From the IMG/VR virus record IMGVR_UViG_3300009785_000018: a stretch of 56,326 bases of DNA; one strand, written 5' to 3'. The first letter of the stretch is position 1; each line of letters opens with the position of its first letter. Both the position numbers and the translations under genes were made by a program. This DNA comes from an uncultured virus (IMG/VR IMGVR_UViG_3300009785_000018) (taxonomy: Duplodnaviria > Heunggongvirae > Uroviricota > Caudoviricetes). A model generated the notes under the pieces. That model did not search any database. It saw only the letters and a list, made by a program, of their open reading frames with translations, and had not been told where the DNA came from. Positions 49,282 through 56,326 of the stretch are shown here, one piece after another.

Positions 49282-49308
49282 TTTCTACATTTTTCAAAAA
49301 TGTGTAAT
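49282..49308 (+). promoter_or_regulatory. putative phage late promoter for the right-hand LRR operon (variant)
   Basis: TTTCTA-N15-TGTAAT; spacer one base shorter than the other copies. Confidence 0.55.
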
Positions 49309-49372
49309 ATAGTATATGGTAGATTCACGGGATTTAATTGAAAATGGAGTTTAAAATTAATATATAAATATT

Positions 49373-49696
49373 ATGAAAAATATTAGATTATTACAGGACG
49401 AAATACATACTTCTTTTGATAAAAGTCTCTTCGAAACTAGAACTTTTGATGCTAAAATTTCTTCTTTATCTACTGATCATCCTATTTCACATCGAAATGA
49501 TTCTCATATGTATACGCATATAGTTCAAGAACTTAATAGAAAATATCATTTTTTTGGTCTTGATTCATTTATTCAAATTCCTGTAGATGCTGGATTTAGA
49601 CCTGTAAACTTAACACCATTTTTCGCTGGTTCAATTTCACTTGAGAATGGATCTAGGCTTCTTTCCGAAGACTCATCTTTATTACTTCTTGAATAA
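49373..49696 (+). CDS. hypothetical protein ending in an 8-periodic LLxE motif
   Basis: C-terminus ISLENGSR-LLSEDSSL-LLLE; first sizeable gene of the operon. Confidence 0.6.
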   Translation: MKNIRLLQDEIHTSFDKSLFETRTFDAKISSLSTDHPISHRNDSHMYTHIVQELNRKYHFFGLDSFIQIPVDAGFRPVNLTPFFAGSISLENGSRLLSEDSSLLLLE

Positions 49697-49720
49697 TCTA
49701 ATTAATTTTTAACAATTACC

Positions 49721-50884
49721 GTGGCAGACAAAACAATAACAGAACTTACAGAAATTACTTCAGCTAATTCGACAAATGACTTTTTACCAGTTGTTGATAC
49801 TAGCGCCGTAGAAACTAAGAGGATCATTTTATCTAATTTGCCTATGAGCAACGAAGAGATTGGTCGATCCTACCCCTTTACCACGGACTTTCAAACAGGC
49901 AATGAGAGGACACGGAATGTATCCTCAATTGCATCAAGCGAATTCTTTAATAATACCAATTTAAGCTCTATTTATATTGGAAGCAACGTGACCTTGATTG
50001 CATTGTCTGCATTCAAAAATTGCACAAACCTTAGCAACGTTACAATCCCCGATAGCGTGAGATCGATTAACTCTTTTGCATTCGACAATTGCACAAGCCT
50101 AACCAGTATTACGATCCCTGAAAGAGGGGTCTCTATTGGAACTAGCGCATTCAAAGGCTGCTCTGGCCTGACCAGTATTACAATTCCCGATGGTGTGACC
50201 TCGATTGAAGGCAATACATTTTTTGAATGCACCGGTCTTACCAGTATTACCATTTCCGACAGCGTTACCGCGATTGGAAGTAGTGCATTCTATGGCTGTT
50301 CTGGCGTAAGCAGTATCACGATTCCCGATAGTGTAACCTCGATTGGGGCCAATGCATTCCGAGACTGCACTAGCCTGACTAGCTTTATTATTGGCAACAG
50401 CGTGACCTCGATTGAAGGTAGTACATTCAAAGACTGCACTGGCCTTGCCAGCATAACCATTCCCGATAGCGTTACCACGATTTCAAGTAATGCATTCAAT
50501 GGCTGCACTAGCCTAGCCAGCGTTACGATTCCTGATAGTGTAACCTCGATTGGCGGTGATGCATTCCGAAACTGCTCTAGCCTTACCAGCATTACGATCG
50601 GCAATGGCTTGACTTCGATTGGACCTGTTGCATTCTTTGGCTGCACTGGCCTGACAAGCGTCACCATTCCCAACAGTATGACTTCAATTGGGATTTTTGC
50701 ATTCAGTCAATGCACTAGCCTAGCCACAATCACCTCTCTTGCTACAGATGCCCCAAGTGTTGAAACTACCTCGTTTAATAATGTTACGGCTACCACAATT
50801 ACTGTCCCAGCTGGGTCTACACAGAGTTACAAAGATGAAGGAGATGGAACAACATACGGGGGCTTAGAAATCATAGAGGCTTAA
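49721..50884 (+). CDS. BspA-type LRR protein (~12 repeats) with shared N-terminal module
   Basis: GTG start; ADKTITELTEITSAN..DFLPVVD; TSIGxxAFxxC repeats. Confidence 0.9.
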   Translation: MADKTITELTEITSANSTNDFLPVVDTSAVETKRIILSNLPMSNEEIGRSYPFTTDFQTGNERTRNVSSIASSEFFNNTNLSSIYIGSNVTLIALSAFKNCTNLSNVTIPDSVRSINSFAFDNCTSLTSITIPERGVSIGTSAFKGCSGLTSITIPDGVTSIEGNTFFECTGLTSITISDSVTAIGSSAFYGCSGVSSITIPDSVTSIGANAFRDCTSLTSFIIGNSVTSIEGSTFKDCTGLASITIPDSVTTISSNAFNGCTSLASVTIPDSVTSIGGDAFRNCSSLTSITIGNGLTSIGPVAFFGCTGLTSVTIPNSMTSIGIFAFSQCTSLATITSLATDAPSVETTSFNNVTATTITVPAGSTQSYKDEGDGTTYGGLEIIEA

Positions 50885-53190
50885 TATTATGTCAGATAAA
50901 AAAATATCAGAACTTACACAAATCATTTCAGCTAATCCGATAACTGACGTTTTGCCGATTGTGGATATCAGTTTAAATCAAACCGATAAAATAACTATAG
51001 GCAAGCTTCCAATGAGTGCTTCTGCTATAGCACGGTCTTATCCCTACACTATAGACTTTATTTCAGGGACAGAACAGACGCGAGATCTGACACTTATTGA
51101 TACTTCAAGCGGGTATCAAAGCAATTCGAATTTAGAGCTTATTTACATTGGCAGTCATGTGACCTCGATTGGGGACAGTGCATTCTATAACTCCAATACC
51201 CTTACTAGCATTACCATCCCCAATAGCGTGACCTCGATTGGGAGTCTTGCATTTAGTAACTGCTCTAGTCTAACAAGTGTTACAATTCTTGACGGTGTAG
51301 GCGCGACTTCGATTGGAACTAGCGCATTCGGTGGTAACGCTAATCTAACCAGCGTTACGATCCCAAACAGTGTGACCTCGATTGGAGAGCAAGCATTTTT
51401 TAGCTGCGGCCTAGCCAGCATTACGATCGGCAATGGCGTGACTTCGATTGGAGTTAGTGCATTTTTTGACTGCACAAGCCTGGCTAGCGTTACCATCGGC
51501 AACAGCGTTACCACGATTTCAAGTAATGCATTCAATGACTGCACTAGCCTAGCCACAATCACCTCTCTTGCTGAATCTGCCCCAAGTGTTGAAACTAACT
51601 CGTTTAATAATGTTGCGGCTACCACAATTACTGTCCCAGTTGGAGCAACAGTAAGTTACCAAAATGCAGGAAATGGAACAACATACGGAGGTTTAATAAT
51701 CGCAGAACTCGAAGAGGCTTAATATTATGGCAGACAAAAAAATATCAGAACTTACAGAACTTACTTCGGCTAATGCGGTAACTGACGTTTTACCGATTGT
51801 GGATATCAGTTCTAACGAAACTAAGAAAATTAGCCTAGCTGATTTACCAATTAGCGATGTCGCCATCGCCCAATCTATGCCCCACACTACCGACTCTCAG
51901 TTAGGGGTGGTGCAGACAAGAAATCTGACAACTATTGATAATTCAAGCGGGTATTCAAATAATACCAATTTAGAATCTATCTATATAGGGAATAACGTTA
52001 CATCGATTGGAAGTAGTGCATTCTATTACTGCTCTAACCTGACCAGCGTTGTCATACCCAACAGTGTGACTTCGATTGGAGATAATACTTTCATTGGCTG
52101 CTTTGACCTGACCAGTATTAACATCCCAGACAGCGTGACCGCGATTGGATCTCAGGCATACATGTATTGCCAAAGCCTGACCAGCATTAAGATCCCCGAC
52201 AGCGTTACCACGATTGGGAGTAGTGCATTCTATTACTGTACTAACGCAACAAGCATTACGATCGGCGACAGTGTGACCTCGATTGGAAGTGATGCATTCT
52301 CTGCCTGCAATAGTATTACTAGCGTTGATCTACCCGACAGCCTTACTTCGATTGATAGCAGTTTGTTTACAACATGCGCTAACCTCACAAGTATTAATGT
52401 ATCCAGTGAAAATGCATTATTTTCATCAATTGACGGTGTTCTATTTAGTAAGTCTGCAGATAATTTAGTTATTTTTCCATATGGTAAAAGTAGTGCATAT
52501 TCTATTCCCAATAGCGTGACTTCGATTGGAAATCGGGCATTCAGATTCTGTAATAACCTGACCAGCATTACGATTCCCAGCAGCGTGACCTCGATTGGAG
52601 ATTCGGCATTCCGAAGCTGCTCTGGCCTTACCAGCATTACCATCCCCAATAGCGTGACCTCGATTGGAGATTTTGCATTCTATGGCTGCTCTGGCGTAAG
52701 CAGTATCACGATTCCCGATAGTGTAACCTCGATTGGGGCTAATGCATTCGCTTTCTGCTCAGGCTCAACCAGCATAACCATTCCCAATAGCGTGACTTCG
52801 ATTGGAGAGCGTGTATTCCTTGGCTGCACTAGCCTAACCAGCATTACTATACCCGACAGCGTGACCTCGATTGGAGTGAGTGCATTCCAAAGATGCACTA
52901 GCGTAACCGATATTACCATCGGCGACGGTGTGACCTCGATTGGGGATTTTGCATTCAATCAATGCACCAGCCTAACCAGTATTACCATCGGCGACGGTGT
53001 GACCTCGATTGGTCAGACCGCCATCTCTCAAACTGGCCTGACTAGTCTTACCATCCCCGATAACGTTACCTCGACTGTATATCAAGCATTTGCCTTTAAC
53101 ACTAGCTTAACAACCGTTACAATTGGCAATGGTTTGGGCAATATTGCTGGCTTTGCATTCAGAAATTGTACGTCGCTATCAACACTCAGT
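49980..53190 (+). repeat. imperfect 69-bp coding repeats across three LRR genes
   Basis: Recurring GTGACCTCGATTGG...GCATTC...TGC. Confidence 0.9.
50889..51722 (+). CDS. BspA-type LRR protein (~7 repeats) with shared N-terminal module
   Basis: [26 protein letters not shown] repeats; YGGL C-cap. Confidence 0.9.
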   Translation: MSDKKISELTQIISANPITDVLPIVDISLNQTDKITIGKLPMSASAIARSYPYTIDFISGTEQTRDLTLIDTSSGYQSNSNLELIYIGSHVTSIGDSAFYNSNTLTSITIPNSVTSIGSLAFSNCSSLTSVTILDGVGATSIGTSAFGGNANLTSVTIPNSVTSIGEQAFFSCGLASITIGNGVTSIGVSAFFDCTSLASVTIGNSVTTISSNAFNDCTSLATITSLAESAPSVETNSFNNVAATTITVPVGATVSYQNAGNGTTYGGLIIAELEEA

Positions 53191-53346
53191 TGCACTGCTA
53201 CGGATGCTCCAACGCTTGGAACTACTCCATTTGATGGCTGTACTAGCTTAAGCGAAATTCAAGTTCCAAATTCAGCAGTAGCGGATTATCAAGCAAAAGG
53301 AGAGGGAAATAACAAATATGGCGGCCTAGAAATCGTAGGCGTTTAA
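51727..53346 (+). CDS. BspA-type LRR protein (~17 repeats) with shared N-terminal module
   Basis: [26 protein letters not shown] repeats with an [11 protein letters not shown] insertion; YGGL C-cap. Confidence 0.9.
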   Translation: MADKKISELTELTSANAVTDVLPIVDISSNETKKISLADLPISDVAIAQSMPHTTDSQLGVVQTRNLTTIDNSSGYSNNTNLESIYIGNNVTSIGSSAFYYCSNLTSVVIPNSVTSIGDNTFIGCFDLTSINIPDSVTAIGSQAYMYCQSLTSIKIPDSVTTIGSSAFYYCTNATSITIGDSVTSIGSDAFSACNSITSVDLPDSLTSIDSSLFTTCANLTSINVSSENALFSSIDGVLFSKSADNLVIFPYGKSSAYSIPNSVTSIGNRAFRFCNNLTSITIPSSVTSIGDSAFRSCSGLTSITIPNSVTSIGDFAFYGCSGVSSITIPDSVTSIGANAFAFCSGSTSITIPNSVTSIGERVFLGCTSLTSITIPDSVTSIGVSAFQRCTSVTDITIGDGVTSIGDFAFNQCTSLTSITIGDGVTSIGQTAISQTGLTSLTIPDNVTSTVYQAFAFNTSLTTVTIGNGLGNIAGFAFRNCTSLSTLSCTATDAPTLGTTPFDGCTSLSEIQVPNSAVADYQAKGEGNNKYGGLEIVGV

Positions 53347-53373
53347 TACTTAATTTTTTAAACTTTAATAATT

Positions 53374-56028
53374 GTGTCACAAAATACTAAAATATCAAAT
53401 CTTACCGAGCTTACAGACCCATCCAGTACGGATTTTATCCCTATTGTAGATACTGTAAATAAAGAGACCAAGAAAATCTCTTACAATAGTCTTACAAGTG
53501 GCTTTTATTCGGAATCTAGTGATATCTTGCCAGACAGTGACATAACTTATGATATTGGCAGCCCCGATAAAAGATTTAGAGATTTGTATCTTAGTGAAAA
53601 CTCTATATTTTTAGGGGACTCTACAATTTCTTTTTCTGGTGGACCGTCAGGTGGTTTATTTGTCAGTGGTTCAGGCGGAAATGACAGGTTAATTAACGAC
53701 AAAGAAACTGGTCAGTTTTTAAGTAATGGTGGAAGTGGTAATTTTACTGAAGCTTTTATTCAAAGCTCGTTAGACATAGGTAGGTATATTTTCTTAGGTG
53801 ATGAACTTAATGAAAGTAAAATACAAATGAAGGGTATGGGTCCTGTTAAGTATGAATTTACTGCGGGTGCTAATGGATTTAAATTTACAGATGAAGATTA
53901 TGATATTGATCTTATAAATATCCCTCACCCATTTATCAATAGCGACGGATCACGGAATGTTATTACGCTTGATTCTACTAGGGTGCAGGGAAACTTTTTA
54001 GCAACTGGAGGAATGTACCACAGTGACAGCATCACTGGCCCACAGTATGGATTTGGAGGAGGCTCAGACCTTCACCTTAAAACAAGTGGAGTTAGTAGAT
54101 TAGCCGTTACAAAGGAGAGTGGTAATGTTGGTATAGGAACTACTTCTCCAGATGCAAGATTACACGTAGATGGCCACTTTAAATTAAATATATCATCTGC
54201 AAATCGTACACCAGGAAAAAGTGTGGCTTTAATTAAAAGCGATAATGGAACTGCAGCTAATTTAAGAGTCGAAGGGCCAATTGCAGCAACACACGATCTA
54301 TTTAAAAACAGTGGGGCAGATAATGGTTTTGCAGATAACTCAAATCACTTTCATACGGTACAGAAAATTAATCGCATTACCCAACAAGTTGGCGCAGGCA
54401 AACCAAACGAAAGAGTTCAAGAACAATATTATGCGATTGCAAACAATAATCTTAAAAATAATAAAGCTGCATTTTGGAATTGGCATAGGGTTTCAAGGAG
54501 TGTCGCTTCTGCAAGTGTTAGTTTAACCAACCTAGTAGGATGGAACGTTTCGGCTATTCAAGATACCGATAATCGTTCATCAAATTCTGAAGCTTCGTTT
54601 CCCGCAGGAGGGGCGGAAGCCGCAGTACTTACTTTTGACAGCGAATCAAATAGGTCAGCAGTTTTATCTAATGGAGATCTTTTGCAAGTTACTATTTCAA
54701 TAGATTTTGAAGGCGCGATTGTTGCGGCAACACTTTATGCCGAAGTTACTGCTGTAGATGCGGAACAAGCTACCGTAGTTCTTTATGGTGGCAATTATAA
54801 ATCGATTGGTCAAGTTCCAGATGGTAATGATCAAATCGCACTAACCAGCGGATTTACTATAAATAAAATTGACGTAAATCAATATATGGGTCTCTCAGAC
54901 GGGACTGTTACTGTGTTAACCGACAATACAAGAGCGACCGAAACCGATACATTCTCTCTTTCTTTTTCAAGCGCTCATAGCCTTGAATTAAATGATGTTA
55001 TTACGGTCATAACTGACGGCGACTCCTCTCACGGATTTAAAGATGCTGAAGTGGCGTTTGTGAAAGAGGTTACAAGCACTACTGAAGCAAAATTCGTTTA
55101 CGGAAGAGTGTTTGATCCAGCGCCCGCCTCTGCTCGAAACAATGTTACTGGTAGCTCATTTGTTGGTATATTAAGAGGCACCCTTGATGGTCTTCACAGA
55201 TTTACTGCAGGTGATCAATTAATGCATTTTAATGCAGATAACCAAGGGCGATACAAAAGTTATCAAATAGGACCAGGCTCTGAGGTCGGTGCAGACTGTA
55301 TTGCAATCGGTAAGAACGTTTATAATAAAGACGCTTCGACTATTAAGATCGGTTACGATAATAATATGTTGAACATTGATTCTGCTGGAATTGATGTTGC
55401 AGGAACAATTAATGCTACTGGAACAATTACTGCTGATGGAGATGTAAAGTTAAGCGATTTTACTTCAACGTCTCGTTCTACAGATGTTTCGGCTTTAGAT
55501 CCCATACAGAACAACCAGCCAGCGTCCGATGATACGGTAGCTAACTTATCCGTTGATTCATCGGGCAACGTTGTTAGAGGATCACAAGAAGCAACTTGGA
55601 CTTTCAGTCGTGACCAGCTTAACGCATTAACAACTGCTAAAGTAAATTTGTTATCTTCTCCAGGTGCTGGAAAGTGCATTGTAGTTGAAGAAAGTAACTG
55701 GCTTATAGAAGTAGACCTCACAAAAGCAGCACAATCAACTCCAGTTTCTCTTACATGCGAGATAGTGAATGGGCAGACCCAATACAAAGTAGCAACGCAA
55801 ATTACTGCCGCCAACCTAACTCTAATAGCAGGACACATAAAGACTGCTAACACTGATGCATTTGGAATGTATTCTAGAGATGTTCCAGAACTGGATAGAA
55901 TTTCCAAGTTTAATGAGCCTATGACTATTCGTGCAAAAAATAGTAGTGGCGTTGTTAATTTTCCAGATAATTTTGTTAGCGTAAAACTAAAAGTCAAATA
56001 CAGGGTCTTCGACAAGGATACTTTTTAA
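53374..56028 (+). CDS. tail-fibre-like protein with the same N-terminal module
   Basis: GTG start; TKISNLTELT..DFIPIVD..ETKKI; DILPDSDITYDIGSPDKRFRDLYL and GNVGIGTTSPDARLHV fibre-type motifs. Confidence 0.7.
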   Translation: MSQNTKISNLTELTDPSSTDFIPIVDTVNKETKKISYNSLTSGFYSESSDILPDSDITYDIGSPDKRFRDLYLSENSIFLGDSTISFSGGPSGGLFVSGSGGNDRLINDKETGQFLSNGGSGNFTEAFIQSSLDIGRYIFLGDELNESKIQMKGMGPVKYEFTAGANGFKFTDEDYDIDLINIPHPFINSDGSRNVITLDSTRVQGNFLATGGMYHSDSITGPQYGFGGGSDLHLKTSGVSRLAVTKESGNVGIGTTSPDARLHVDGHFKLNISSANRTPGKSVALIKSDNGTAANLRVEGPIAATHDLFKNSGADNGFADNSNHFHTVQKINRITQQVGAGKPNERVQEQYYAIANNNLKNNKAAFWNWHRVSRSVASASVSLTNLVGWNVSAIQDTDNRSSNSEASFPAGGAEAAVLTFDSESNRSAVLSNGDLLQVTISIDFEGAIVAATLYAEVTAVDAEQATVVLYGGNYKSIGQVPDGNDQIALTSGFTINKIDVNQYMGLSDGTVTVLTDNTRATETDTFSLSFSSAHSLELNDVITVITDGDSSHGFKDAEVAFVKEVTSTTEAKFVYGRVFDPAPASARNNVTGSSFVGILRGTLDGLHRFTAGDQLMHFNADNQGRYKSYQIGPGSEVGADCIAIGKNVYNKDASTIKIGYDNNMLNIDSAGIDVAGTINATGTITADGDVKLSDFTSTSRSTDVSALDPIQNNQPASDDTVANLSVDSSGNVVRGSQEATWTFSRDQLNALTTAKVNLLSSPGAGKCIVVEESNWLIEVDLTKAAQSTPVSLTCEIVNGQTQYKVATQITAANLTLIAGHIKTANTDAFGMYSRDVPELDRISKFNEPMTIRAKNSSGVVNFPDNFVSVKLKVKYRVFDKDTF

Positions 56029-56040
56029 TTTATTTTATGG

Positions 56041-56068
56041 TTGAATTTTAAATCATTATATATATAAT
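56041..56068 (+). promoter_or_regulatory. sigma70-like promoter
   Basis: TTGAAT-N16-TATAAT, 6 nt before ATG 56075; AT-rich context lowers specificity. Confidence 0.45.
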
Positions 56069-56074
56069 ATAAAT

Positions 56075-56326
56075 ATGAGCAAAAAATTACACTTTGTATC
56101 TGGTCTTCCAAGGGCTTGTTCAACCTTACTTTGCAATCTTCTTTCCCAAAACCCAAGAGTTCACGCTACGCCTACTAGTGCTTTGCACGAGATTGGCTAT
56201 ATCGCTCGACAAGTGTTTCAAACAGAAGAGGCAAAGGCAGTGGATATGGAAAAGGTTCTTGAGCCTATGTATTTAGATTACGTCAAGGCTGGATGCGAGA
56301 ACGCATTCAATAGCATTACAGATCGT
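56075..56326 (+). CDS. sulfotransferase-family protein (3'-truncated by window end)
   Basis: Hand translation MSKKLHFVSGLPRACSTLLCNLLSQNP matches the PAPS-binding GxPRSGSTLL loop; frame open to window end. Confidence 0.8.
   Translation, partial: MSKKLHFVSGLPRACSTLLCNLLSQNPRVHATPTSALHEIGYIARQVFQTEEAKAVDMEKVLEPMYLDYVKAGCENAFNSITDR

Noticed and set aside
49980..53190. CRISPR-like periodic repeats (also 3060-5980)
   Set aside because: The period is 69 nt = 23 codons within long ORFs, repeats are degenerate, and no cas genes are present.
2336..53346. Classical diversity-generating retroelement
   Set aside because: No reverse transcriptase or non-coding template repeat seen in the window, and the silent A of framework GCA is mostly retained. 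A remote element cannot be excluded.
56094..56276. 60-aa ORF from the track
   Set aside because: Out of frame with the overlapping sulfotransferase-like ORF starting at 56075, which has a recognisable motif.
1..56326. Stop-codon reassignment; tRNA or rRNA genes
   Set aside because: Long ORFs tile the window under the standard code, with TAA, TAG and TGA all used as stops; intergenic gaps are short and show no cloverleaf.

Overview
The window is almost fully coding, AT-rich DNA from a large tailed bacteriophage (standard genetic code), carrying most of a virion morphogenesis region. Read on the minus strand from ~49.2 kb leftwards, it encodes putative portal, prohead protease/scaffold, capsid accessory protein, major capsid protein, neck proteins, tail tube, a 2073-aa tape measure, probable chaperones and tail-tip proteins; most of these calls rest on gene order and size. 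No terminase or tail sheath is recognisable. A plus-strand island (16.4-25.6 kb) encodes a 2406-aa vWA-containing protein. Both ends carry BspA-type (TpLRR/LRR_5) leucine-rich-repeat genes: five genes, about 80 repeats by hand count. Main observations: (1) the LRR genes share identical or near-identical DNA segments in shuffled order, with variation concentrated at four codons per repeat, suggesting a recombination-diversified receptor-binding repertoire; (2) four consecutive genes share a ~40-aa N-terminal module ahead of different payloads, and three other proteins share an 8-residue-periodic motif that could be its docking site; (3) a bipartite promoter-like motif, (T/G)TTC(A/T)C-N16-TGTAA(T), precedes most structural genes, often placed for leaderless mRNA, and one copy inside the protease gene predicts a nested scaffold protein. 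All calls were made by eye; no database search was run.
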